From the human T2T-CHM13v2.0 reference genome, Homo sapiens, in assembly GCF_009914755.1 (NCBI RefSeq), contig NC_060937.1: a stretch of DNA of 64,000 nucleotides; one strand, written 5' to 3'. Both the position numbers and the translations under genes were made by a program. Shown piece after piece: positions 34,101 to 49,310 of the stretch (position 1 is its first letter; each line of letters begins with the position of its first letter). The notes beneath the pieces were generated by a model that did not search any database, was not told the DNA's origin, and saw only the letters and a program-made list of their open reading frames with translations.

Positions 34101-34700
34101 TATACTGTACATGAAATATCAAAGTTCAGAAACTATATATTATATACTGTACATAAAATATCAAAGTACCCAAACTATACATTATATACTGTACATAAAA
34201 GATGAAATTACATCAAATATATATTATATTAGGTATGTAAAATATGAAAGTACATCAAATATAGATTATATACTGTACATAAAATACCAAAGTACCCCAA
34301 ATATATATTTTATACTGTACATGAAATATCAAAGTTCTCAAACTATATATTATATACTGCACATAAAATATCAAAGTACCCAAGGTATATATTCCATACT
34401 GTACAAAAAATATCAAAGTACCCAAAGCATATATTATATGCTGTAAATAAAATATGAAAGTACATCAAATATATATTTTATTCTGTACATATAATATCAA
34501 AGTACACCGAATATATATTCTATACTTTACATAAAATATCAAGGTAACCAAACTATACATTATATACTGTACATAAGATATGAAATTACATCAAATATAT
34601 ATTATATTAGGTACATAAAATATGAAAGTACATCAAATATAGATTCTATACTGTACATAAAATATCAAAGTTCCCAAATATATATCATATACTGTACATG
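28158..34700 (+). repeat. Duplication with 3605-bp offset (6 x 587 + 83) inside the 14-mer domain
   Basis: Variant-matched unit pairs 28158/31763, 28745/32350, 29332/32937, 29919/33524 and 30506/34111. Shared variants include atctgaaattcc, cattatttac, agttcagaaa and gctgtaaata. Confidence 0.85.
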
Positions 34701-37700
34701 AAATATCAAATTTCACAAACTATATATTATATACTGTACATAAAATATCAAAGTACCCACACTATACATTATATACTGTACATAAAATATGAAATTACAT
34801 CAAATATATATTATATTAGGTATGTAAAATATGAAAGTACATCAAATATAGATTATATACTGTACATAAAATACCAAAGTACCCCAAATATATATTTTAT
34901 ACTGTACATGAAATATCAAAGTTCTCAAACTATATATTATATACTGCACATAAAATATCAAAGTACCCAAGGTATATATTCCATACTGTACAAAAAATAT
35001 CAAAGTACCCAAAGCATATATTATATGCTGTACATAAAATATGAAAGTACATCAAATATATATTTTATTCTGTACATAAAATATCAAAGTACACCAAATA
35101 TATATTCTATACTGTACATAAAATATCAAGGTACCCAAACTATACATTATATACTGTACATAAAATATGAAATTACATCAAATATATATTATATTAGGTA
35201 CATAAAATATGAAAGTACATCAAATATAGATTATATACTGTACATAAAATATCAAAGTACCCAAATATATATCATATACTGTACATGAAATATCAAAGTT
35301 CACAAACTATATATTATATACTGTACATAAAATATCAAAGTACCCAAACTATACATTATATACTGTACATAAAATATGAAATTACATCAAATATATATTT
35401 TATTAGGTATGTAAAATATGAAAGTACATCAAATATAGATTATATACTGTACATAAAATACCAAAGTACCCCAAATATATATTTAATACTGTACATGAAA
35501 TATCAAAGTTCTCAAACTGTATATTATATAGTGCACATAAAATATCAAAGTACCCAAGGTATATATTCCATACTGTACAAAAATTATCAAAGTACCCAAA
35601 GCATATATTATATGCTGTACATAAAATATGAAAGTACATCAAATATATATTTTATTCTGTACATAAAATATCAAAGTACACCCAATATATATTCTATACT
35701 GTACATAAAATATCAAGGTACCCAAACTATACATTATTTACTGTACATAAAATATGAAATTACATCAAATATATATTATATTAGGTACATAAAATATGAA
35801 AGTACATCAAATATAGATTATATACTGTACATAAAATCTCAAAGTACCCAAATATATATCATATACTGTACATGAAATATCAAAGTTCAGAAACTATATA
35901 TTATATACTGTACATAAAATATCAAAGTACCCAAACTATACATTATATACTGTACATAAAAGATGAAATTACATCAAATATATATTATATTAGGTATGTA
36001 AAATATGAAAGTACATCAAATATAGATTATATACTGTACATAAAATACCAAAGTACCCCAAATATATATTTTATACTGTACATGAAATATCAAAGTTCTC
36101 AAACTATATATTATATACTGCACATAAAATATCAAAGTACCCAAGGTATATATTCCATACTGTACAAAAAATATCAAAGTACCCAAAGCATATATTATAT
36201 GCTGTAAATAAAATATGAAAGTACATCAAATATATATTTTATTCTGTACATAAAATATCAAAGTACACCAAATATATATACTATACTGTACATAAAATAT
36301 CAAGGTAACCAAACTATACATTATATACTGTACATAAGATATGAAATTACATCAAATATATATTATATTAGGTACATAAAATATGAAAGTACATCAAATA
36401 TAGATTATATACTGTACATAAAATATCAAAGTACCCAAATATATATCATATACTGTACATGAAATATCAAAGTTCACAAACTATATATTATATACTGTAC
36501 ATAAAATATCAAAGTACCCAAACTATACATTATATACTGTACATAAAATATGAAATTACATCAAATATATATTTTATTAGGTATGTAAAATATGAAAGTA
36601 CATCAAATATAGATTATATACTGTACATAAAATACCAAAGTACCCCAAATATATATTTTATACTGTACATGAAATATCAAAGTTCTCAAACTATATATTA
36701 TATACTGCACATAAAATATCAAAGTACCCAAGGTATATATTCCATACTGTACAAAAAATATCAAAGTACCCAAAGCATATATTATATGCTGTACATAAAA
36801 TATGAAAGTACATCAAATATATATTTTATTCTGTTCATAAAATATCAAAGTACACCAAATATATATTCTATACTGTACATAAAATATCAAGGTACCCAAA
36901 CTATACATTATATACTGTACATAAAATATGAAATTACATCAAATATATATTATATTAGGTACATAAAATATGAAAGTACATCAAATATAGATTATATACT
37001 GTACATAAAATATCAAAGTACCCAAATATATATCATATACTGTACATGAAATATCAAAGTTCACAAACTATATATTATATACTGTACATAAAATATCAAA
37101 GTACCCAAACTATACATTATATACTGTACATAAAATATGAAATTACATCAAATATATATTTTATTAGGTATGTAAAATATGAAAGTACATCAAATATAGA
37201 TTCTATACTGTACATAAAATATCAAAGTACCCAAATATATATCATATACTGTACATGAAATATCAAATTTCACAAACTATATATTATATACTGTACATAA
37301 AATATCAAAGTACCCACACTATACATTATATACTGTACATAAAATATGAAATTACATCAAATATATATTATATTAGGTATGTAAAATATGAAAGTACATC
37401 AAATATAGATTATATACTGTACATAAAATACCAAAGTACCCCAAATATATATTTTATACTGTACATGAAATATCAAAGTTCTCAAACTATATATTATGTA
37501 CTGCACATAAAATATCAAAGTACCCAAGGTATATATTCCATACTGTACAAAAAATATCAAAGTACCCAAAGCATATATTATATGCTGTACATAAAATATG
37601 AAAGTACATGAAATATATATTTTATTCTCTACATAAAATATCAAAGTACACCAAATATATATTCTATACTGTACATAAAATATCAAGGTACCCAAACTAC

Positions 37701-40700
37701 ACATTATATACTGTACATAAAATATGAAATTACATCAAATATATATTATATTAGGTACATAAAATATGAAAGTACATCAAATATAGATTATATACTGTAC
37801 ATAAAATATCAAAGTACCCAAATATATACCATATACTGTACATGAAATATCAAAGTTCACAAACTATATATTATATACTGTACATAAAATATCAAAGTAC
37901 CCAAACTATAGATTATATACTGTACATAAAATATGAAATTACATCAAATATATATTTTAATCGGTATGTAAAATATGAAAGTACATCAAATATAGATTAT
38001 ATACTGTACATAAAATACCAAACTACCCCAAATATATATTTTATACTGTACATGAAATATCAAAGTTCTCAAACTATATATTATATAGGGCACATAAAAT
38101 ATCAAAGTACCCAAGGTATATATTCCATACTGTACAAAAATTATCAAAGTACCCAAAGCATATATTATATGCTGTACATAAAATATGAAAGTACATCAAA
38201 TATATATTTTATTCTGTACATAAAATATCAAAGTACACCAAATATATATTCTATACTGTACATAAAATATCAAGGTACCCAAACTATACATTATATACTG
38301 TACATAAGATATGAAATTACATCAAATATATATTATATTAGGTACATAAAATATGAAAGTACATCAAATATAGCTTATATACTCTACATAAAATATCAAA
38401 GTACCCAAATATATATCATATACTGTACATGAAATATCAAAGTTCACAAACTATATATTATATACTGTACATAAAATATCAAAGTACCCAAACTATACAT
38501 TATATACTGTACATAAAAGATGAAATTACATCAAATATATATTATATTAGGTATGTAAAATATGAAAGTACATCAAATATAGATTATATACTGTACATAA
38601 AATACCAAAGTACCCCAAATATATATTTTATACTGTACATGAAATATCAAAGTTCTCAAACTATATATTATATACTGCACCTAAAATATCAAAGTACCCA
38701 AGGTATATATTCCATACTGTACAAAAAATATCAAAGTACCCAAAGCATATATTATATGCTGTACATAAAATATGAAAGTACATCAAATATATATTTTATT
38801 CTGTACATAAAATATCAAAGTACACCAAATATATATTCTATACTGTACATAAAATATCAAGGTACCCAAACTATACATTATATACTGTACATAAAATATG
38901 AAATTACATCAAATATATATTATATTAGGTACATAAAATATGAAAGTACATCAAATATAGATTATATACTGTACATAAAATATCAAAGTACCCAAATATA
39001 TATCATATACTGTACATGAAATATCAAAGTTCACAAACTATATATTATATACTGTACATAAAATATCAAAGTACCCAAACTATACATTATATACTGTACA
39101 TAAAATATGAAATTACAACAAATATATATTTTATTAGGTATGTAAAATATGAAAGTACATCAAATATAGATTATATACTGTACATAAAATACCAAAGTAC
39201 CCCAAATATACATTTTATACTGTACATGAAATATCAAAGTTCTCAAACTATATATTATATACTGCACATAAAATATCAAAGTACCCAAGGTATATATTCC
39301 ATACTGTACAAAAAATATCAAAGTACCCAAAGCATATATAATATGCTGTACATAAAATATGAAAGTACATGAAATATATATTATATTCTCTACATAAAAT
39401 ATCAAAGTACACCCAATATATATTCTATACTGTACATAAAATATCAAGGTACCCAAACTATACATTATATACTGTACATAAAATATGAAATTACATCAAA
39501 TATATATTATATTAGGTACATAAAAAATGAAAGTACATCAAATATAGATTATATACTGTACATAAAATATCAAAGTACCCAAATATATATCATATACTGT
39601 ACATGAAATATCAAAGTTCACAAACTATATATTATATACTGTACATAAAATATCAAAGTACCCAAACTATACAATATATACTGTACATAAAATCTGAAAT
39701 TACATCAAATATATATTATATTAGGTATGTAAAATATGAAAGTACATCAAATATAGATTATATACTGTACATAAAATACCGAAGTACGCCAAATATATAT
39801 TCTATACTGTACATGAAATATCAAAGTTCTCAAACTATATATTATATAGTGCACATAAAATATCAAACTACCCAAGGTATATATTCCATACTGTACAAAA
39901 AATATCAAAGTACCCAAAGCATATATTATATGCTGTACATAAAATATGAAAGTACATCAAATATATATTTTATTCTGTACATAAAATATCAAAGTACACC
40001 AAATATATATTCTATACTGTACATAAAATATCAAGGTACCCAAACTATACATTATATACTGTACATAATATATGAAATTACATCAAATATATATTATATT
40101 AGGTACATAAAATATGAAAGTACATGAAATATAGATTATATACTGTACATAAAATACCAAATAACCCCAAATATATATTATATACTGTACATGAAATATC
40201 AAAGTCCACAAACTATATATTATATACTGTACATAAAATATCAAAGTACCCAAGGTATATATTCTATACTGTAGAAAAAATATAAAAGTACCCAAAGCAT
40301 GTATTATATACTGTACATAAAATATGAAAGTACATCAAATATATATTTTATTCTGTACATAAAATATCAAAGTACACCAAATATATATTCTATAGTGTAC
40401 ATAAAATATCAAAATACCCAAACTATACATTATATACTGTACATAAAATATGAAATTACATCAAATATATATTATATTAGGTACATAAAATATGAAAGTA
40501 CATCAAATATAGATTATATACTGTACATAAAATACCAAAGTACCCCAAATACATATTATATACTGTGCATGAAATATCAAAGTTCACAAACGATATATTA
40601 TATACTGTACATAAAATATCAAAGTACCCAAGGTATATATTCTATACTGTACAAAAAATATCAAAGTACCCAAAGCATGTATTATATACTCTTCATAAAA

Positions 40701-43700
40701 TATGAAAGTACATCAAATATATATTTTATTCTGTACATAAAATATCAAAGTACACCAAATATATATTCTACAGTGTACATCAAATATCAAACTACCCAAA
40801 CTATACATTATATACTGTACATAAAATATGAAATTACATCAAATATATATTATATTAGGTACATAAAATATGAAATTACATCAAATATATATTATATACT
40901 GTACATAAAATACCAAAGTACCCCAAATACATATTATATACTGTACATGCAATATCCAAGTGCACAAACTATATATTATATACTGCACATAAAATATCAA
41001 AGTAACGAAGCTATATATTCTATACTGTACAAAAAATATCAAAGTACCCAAAGCATGTATTATATACTGTACATAAAATATTAAAGTACATCAAATATAT
41101 ATTTTATTCTGTACATAAAATATCAAAGTACACCAAATATATATTCTATACTGTACATAAACTATCAAAGTACCCAAACTATACATTATATACTGTACAT
41201 AAAATATGAAATTACATCAAATATATATTATATTAGGTACATAAAATATGAAAGTACATCAAATATAGATTATATACTGTACATAAAATACCAAAGTACC
41301 CCAAATACATATTATATACTGTACAAGAAATATCCAAGTTCATAAACTATATATTATATACTGTACATAAAATATCAAAGTACCCAAGGTATATATTCTA
41401 TACTGTACAAAAATATCAAAGTACCCAAAGCATGTATTATATACTGTACATAAAATATGAAAGTACATCAAATATATATTTTATTCTGTACATAAAATAT
41501 CAAGGTACACCAAATATATATTCTATAGTGTACATAAATTATCAAAGTACCCAAACTATACATTATATCCTGTACATAAAATATGAAATTACATCAAATA
41601 TATATTATATTAGGTACATAAAATATGAAAGAACATCAAATATAAATTATATACTGTACATAAAATACCAAAGAACCCCAAATATATATAGTATACTGTA
41701 CATGAAATATCAAAGTTCACAAACTATATATTATATACTGTATACAAAATATCAAAGTACCCAAGGTTTATATTCTATACTGTACAAAAATTATCAAAGT
41801 ACCCAAAGCATGTATTATATACTCTTCTTAAAATATGAAAGTACATCAAATATATATTTTATTCTGTACATAAAATATCAAAGTACACCAAATATATATT
41901 CTATAGTGTACATAAAATATCAAAGTACCCAAACTATACATTATATACTGTACATAAAATATGAAATTACATCAAATATATATTATATTAGGAACATAAA
42001 ATATGAAAGTACATGAAATATATATTATATACTGTACATAAAATACCAAAGTACCCCAAATACATATTATATACTGTACATGAAATATCAAAGTTCACAA
42101 ACTATCCATTATATACTGTACATAAAATATCAAGGTACCAAAAGTATATATTCTATTCTGTACAACAAATATCAAAGTACCCAAAGCATGTATTATATAC
42201 TGTACATAAAATATGAAAGTACATCAAATATATATTTTATTCTGTACATAAAATATCAAAGTACACCAAATATATATTCTATAGTGTACATAAAATATCA
42301 AATTACCCAAACTATACATTATATACTGTCCTTAAAATATGAAATTAAATCAAATATATATTATATTAGGTACATAAAATATGAAAGTACATCAAATATT
42401 AATTATATACTGTACATAAAATACCAAAGTACCCCAAATATATATTATATACTGTACATGAAATATAAAAGTTCACAAACTATATATTATATACTGTACA
42501 TAAAATATCAAAGTACCCAAGGTGTATATTCTATACTCTACAAAAAATATCAAAGTACCCAAAGCATGTATTATATACTGTACATAAAATATGAATGTAC
42601 ATCAAATATATATTTAATTCTGTACATAAAATATCAAAGTACACCAAATATTTATTCTATAGTGTACATAAAATATCAAACTACCCAAACTATACATTAT
42701 ATACTGTACATAAAATATGAAATTACATCAAATATATATTATATTATGTACATAAAATATGAAAGTACATCAAATATAGATTATATACTGTACATAAAAT
42801 ACCAAAGTACACTAAATATATATTTTATACTGTACATGCAATATCAAAGTTCACAAACTATATATTATATACTGTACATAAAATATCAAAGTACACAAGG
42901 TATATATTCTATACTGTGCAAAAAATATCAAAGTACCCAAAGCATGTATTATATAGTGTACATAAAATATGAAAGTACATCAAATATATATTTTATTCTG
43001 TACATAAAATATGAAAGTACACTAAATATATATTCTATAGTGTACATAAAATATCAAAGTACCCAAACTATACATTATATACTGTACATAAAATATGAAA
43101 TTACATCAAATATATATTATATTAGGTACATAAAATATGAAAGCACATCAAATATAGATTATATACTGTACATAAAATACCAAAGTACCCCAAATACATA
43201 TTATATACTGTACATGAAATATCAAAGTTCACAAACTATATATTATATACTGTACATAAAATATCAAAGTACCCAAGGTATATATTCTATAATGTACATG
43301 AAATATCAAAGTACCCAAACTATACATTATATACATTACATAAAATATGAAATTAAATCAAATATATATTATATTATGTACATAAAATATGAAAGTACAT
43401 CAAATATTAATTAAATACTGTACATAAAATACCAAAGAACCCCAAATATATATTATATACTGTACATGAAATATCAATGTTCACAAACTATATATTATAT
43501 ACTGTACATAAAATATCAAAGTACTGAAGGTATATATTCTATACTCTACAAAAAATATCAAAGTACCCAAAGCATGTATTATATACTGTTCATAAAATAT
43601 GAAAGTACATCAAATATATATTTAGTTCTGTACATAAACTATCAAAGTACACCAAATATATATTCTATAGTGTACATAAAATATCAATGTAGCCAAACTA

Positions 43701-44769
43701 TACATTATATACTGTACATAAAATATGAAATTACATCAAATATATATTATATTATGTACATAAAATATGAAACTACATCAAATATAGATTATATACTGTA
43801 CATAAAATACCAAAGTACACCAAATATATATTTTATACTGTACATGCAATATCAAAGTTCACAAACTATATATTATATACTGTACATAAAATATCAAAGT
43901 ACCCAAAGTATATATTCTATACTGTGCAAAAAATATCAAAGTACCCAAAGCATGTATTATATACTGTACATAAAATATGAAAGTACATCAAATATATATT
44001 TTATTCTGTACATAAAATATCAAAGTACACTAAATATATATTCTATAGTGTACATAAAATATCAAAGTACCCAAACTATACATTATATACTGTACATAAA
44101 ATATGAAATTACATCAAATATATATTATATTAGGTACAAAAAATATGAAAGTACATCAAATATAGATTATATACTGTACATAAAATACCAAAGTACCCCA
44201 AATACATATTATATACTGTACATGAAATATCAAAGTTCACAAACTATATATTATATACTGTACATAAAATATCAAAGTACCCAAGGTATATATTCTATAC
44301 TGTTCAAAAAATATCAAAGTTCCCAAAGCAAGTATTATATACTGTACATAAAATATGAAAGTACATCAAATATATATTTTCTTCTGTAAATAAAATATCA
44401 AAGTACACCAAATATATATTCTATAGTGTACATAAAATATCAAAGTACCCAAACTATACATTATATACTGTACATAAAATATGAAATTACATCAAATATA
44501 TATTATATTAGGTACTTAAAATATGAAAGTACATCAAATATAAATTATATACTGTACATAAAATACCAAAGTACCCCAAATATATATTATATACTGTACA
44601 TGCAATATCAAAGTTCACAAACTATATATCATATACTGTACATAAAATATCAAAGTACCGAAGGTATATATTCTATAGTGTACAAAAAATATGAAAGTAC
44701 GCAAAGCATGTATTATATACTGTACATAAAATATGAAAGTACATCAAATATATATTTTATTCTGTACAT

Positions 44770-47700
44770 AAAATATCAAAGTACACCAAATATATATTCT
44801 ATAGTGTACATAAAATATCAAAGTACCCAAACTATACATTATATACTGTACATAAAATATGAAATTACATCCAATATATATAATAATAGGTACATAAAAT
44901 ATGAAAGTACATCAAATATAAATTATATACTGTACATAAAATACCAAAGAACCCCAAATATATATTATATACTGTACATGAAATATCAATGTTCACAAAC
45001 TATATATTATATACTGTATATAAAATATCAAAGTACTGAAGGTATATATTCTATACTGTACAAAAAATATCAAAGTACCCAAAGCATGTATTATATACTG
45101 TTCTTAAAATATGAAAGTACATCAAATATATATTTTATTCTGTACATAAAATATCAAAGTACACCAAATATATATTCTATAGTGTACATAAAATATCAAA
45201 GTACCCAAACGATACATTATAAACTGTACATAAAATATGAAATTACATCAAATATATACTATATTATGTACATAAAATATGAAAGTACATCTAATATAGA
45301 TTATATACTGTACATAAAATACCAAAGTACCCCAAATAAATATTTTATACTGTACATGCAATATCAAAGTTCACAAACTATATATTATATACTGTACATA
45401 AAATATCAAAGTATAGAAGGTATATATTCTATACTGTACAAAAAATATCAAAGTACCCAAAGCATGTATTATATACTGTACATAAAATAGGAAAGTACAT
45501 CAAATATATATTTTATTCTGTACATAAAATATCAAAGTACACCAAATATATATTCTATAGTGTACATAAAATATGAAAGTACCCAAACTATACATTATAT
45601 ACTGTACATAAAATATGAAATTACATCAAATATATATTATATTAGGTACATAAAATATGAAAGTACATCAAATATAAATTATATACAGTACATAAAATAC
45701 CAAAGTACCCCAAATATATATTATATACTGTACATGCAATATCAAAGTTCACAAACTATATATCATATACTGTACATAAAATATCAAAGTACCGAAGGTA
45801 TATATTCTATACTGTACAAAAAATATCAAAGTACGCAAAGCATGTATTATATACTGTACATAAAATATGAAAGTACATCAAATATATATTTTATTCTGTA
45901 CATAAAATATCAAAGTACACCAAATATATATTCTATAGTGTTCATAAAATATCAAAGTACCCAAACTATACATTATATACTGTACATAAAATATGAAATT
46001 ACATCAAATATATATTACAATAGGTACATAAAATATGAAAGTACATCAAATATAAATTATATACTGTACATAAAATAACAAAGTACCCCAAATAAATATT
46101 TTATACAGTACATGCAATATCAAAGTTCACAAACTATATATTATATACTGTACATAAAATATCAAAGTACCCAAAGTATATATTCTATACTGTACAAAAA
46201 ATATCAAAGTACCCAAAGCAAGTATTATATACTGTACATAAAATATGAAAGTACATCAAATATATATTTTATACTGTACATAAAATATCAAAGTACACCA
46301 AATATATATTCTATAGTGTACATAAAATATCAAATTACCCAAACTATACATTATATACTGTCCTTAAAATATGAAATTAAATCAAATATATATTATATTA
46401 GGTACATAAAATATGAAAGTACATCAAATATTAATTATATACTGTACATAAAATACCAAAGTACCCCAAATATGTATTATATACTGTACATGAAATATAA
46501 AAGTTCACAAACTATATATTATATACTGTACATAAAATATCAAAGTACCCAAGGTATATATTCTATACTGTACAAAAAATATCAAAGTACCCAAAGCAAG
46601 TATTATATACTGTACATAAAATATGAAAGTACATCAAATATATATTTTATTCTGTACATAAAATATCAAAGTACACCAAATATATATTCTATAGTGTACA
46701 TAAAATATCAAAGTACCCAAACTATACATTATATACTGTACATAAAATATGAAATTACATGAAATATATATTATATTAGGTACATAAAATATGAAAGTAC
46801 ATCAAATATTAATTATATACAGTACATAAAATACCAAAGTACCCCAAATATATATTATATACTGTACATGAAATATCAAAGTTCACAAACTATATATTAT
46901 ATACTGTACATAAAATATCAAAGTACCCAAGGTGTATATTCTATACTCTACAAAAAATATCAAAGTACCCAAAGCATGTATTATATACGGTACATAAAAT
47001 ATGAATGTACATCAAATATATATTTAATTCTGTACATAAAATATCAAAGTACACCAAATATATATTCTATAGTGTACATAAAATATCAAAGTACCCAAAC
47101 TATACATTATATACTGTACATAAAATATGAAATTACATCCAATATATATAATAATAGGTACATAAAATATGAAAGTACATCAAATATAAATTATATACTG
47201 TACATAAAATACCAAAGAACCCCAAATATATATTATATACTGTACATGAAATATCAATGTTCACAAACTATATATTATATACTGTATATAAAATATCAAA
47301 GTACTGAAGGTATATATTCTATACTGTACAAAAAATATCAAAGTACCCAAAGCATGTATTATATACTGTTCTTAAAATATGAAAGTACATCAAATATATA
47401 TTTTATTCTGTACATAAAATATCAAAGTACACCAAATATATATTCTATAGTGTACATAAAATATCAAAGTACCCAAACGATACATTATAAACTGTACATA
47501 AAATATGAAATTACATCAAATATATACTATATTATGTACATAAAATATGAAAGTACATCTAATATAGATTATATACTGTACATAAAATACCAAAGTACCC
47601 CAAATAAATATTTTATACTGTACATGCAATATCAAAGTTCACAAACTATATATTATATACTGTACATAAAATATCAAAGTATAGAAGGTATATATTCTAT

Positions 47701-49310
47701 ACTGTACAAAAAATATCAAAGTACCCAAAGCATGTATTATATACTGTACATAAAATAGGAAAGTACATCAAATATATATTTTATTCTGTACATAAAATAT
47801 CAAAGTACACCAAATATATATTCTATAGTGTACATAAAATATGAAAGTACCCAAACTATACATTATATACTGTACATAAAATATGAAATTACATCAAATA
47901 TATATTATATTAGGTACATAAAATATGAAAGTACATCAAATATAAATTATATACAGTACATAAAATACCAAAGTACCCCAAATATATATTATATACTGTA
48001 CATGCAATATCAAAGTTCACAAACTATATATCATATACTGTACATAAAATATCAAAGTACCGAAGGTATATATTCTATACTGTACAAAAAATATCAAAGT
48101 ACGCAAAGCATGTATTATATACTGTACATAAAATATGAAAGTACATCAAATATATATTTTATTCTGTACATAAAATATCAAAGTACACCAAATATATATT
48201 CTATAGTGTTCATAAAATATCAAAGTACCCAAACTATACATTATATACTGTACATAAAATATGAAATTACATCAAATATATATTACAATAGGTACATAAA
48301 ATATGAAAGTACATCAAATATAAATTATATACTGTACATAAAATAACAAAGTACCCCAAATAAATATTTTATACAGTACATGCAATATCAAAGTTCACAA
48401 ACTATATATTATATACTGTACATAAAATATCAAAGTACCCAAAGTATATATTCTATACTGTACAAAAAATATCAAAGTACCCAAAGCAAGTATTATATAC
48501 TGTACATAAAATATGAAAGTACATCAAATATATATTTTATACTGTACATAAAATATCAAAGTACACCAAATATATATTCTATAGTGTACATAAAATATCA
48601 AATTACCCAAACTATACATTATATACTGTCCTTAAAATATGAAATTAAATCAAATATATATTATATTAGGTACATAAAATATGAAAGTACATCAAATATT
48701 AATTATATACTGTACATAAAATACCAAAGTACCCCAAATATGTATTATATACTGTACATGAAATATAAAAGTTCACAAACTATATATTATATACTGTACA
48801 TAAAATATCAAAGTACCCAAGGTATATATTCTATACTGTACAAAAAATATCAAAGTACCCAAAGCAAGTATTATATACTGTACATAAAATATGAAAGTAC
48901 ATCAAATATATATTTTATTCTGTACATAAAATATCAAAGTACACCAAATATATATTCTATAGTGTACATAAAATATCAAAGTACCCAAACTATACATTAT
49001 ATACTGTACATAAAATATGAAATTACATGAAATATATATTATATTAGGTACATAAAATATGAAAGTACATCAAATATTAATTATATACAGTACATAAAAT
49101 AACAAAGTACCCCAAATATATATTATATACTGTACATGAAATATCAAAGTTCACAAACTATATATTATATACTGTACATAAAATATCAAAGTACCCAAGG
49201 TGTATATTCTATACTCTACAAAAAATATCAAAGTACCCAAAGCATGTATTATATACGGTACATAAAATATGAATGTACATCAAATATATATTTAATTCTG
49301 TACATAAAAT
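44770..49310 (+). repeat. Near-perfect tandem duplication of 2268 bp (6 x 378)
   Basis: Identical ORF translations at 45560/47828 and 46112/48380. Private variants ccaatatatataataatagg (44871/47139), gtatagaagg and aaaatagga are all offset by 2268. Confidence 0.9.

Larger units (their letters stand above)
1034..40150 (+). repeat. 587-bp 14-monomer HOR domain (about 66 units including structural variants)
   Basis: Unit starts recur every 587 bp (e.g. 7112, 7699, 8286; 27571, 28158, 28745, 29332, 29919, 30506), which is 14x42-1. Diagnostic sites are the 41-bp I' (acccaaatatatatcatatac), aggtatgtaaaa, agttctcaaa, ctgcacata, tattccatac, tatatgctgt and caaggtaccc. Confidence 0.93.

Noticed and set aside
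2561-39465. Minus-strand hydrophobic 65-101 aa ORFs
   Set aside because: They appear only where a point variant such as tca>tga on the + strand removes a minus-strand stop. Hydrophobicity reflects T-rich codons.
3004-39603. Tandem 196-aa ORFs with ATGA stop/start overlaps that look like a translationally coupled operon
   Set aside because: This follows automatically from the 1-bp deletion in I' shifting the frame onto the TGA within catgaaa. Many units carry premature stops and there are no ribosome-binding sites.
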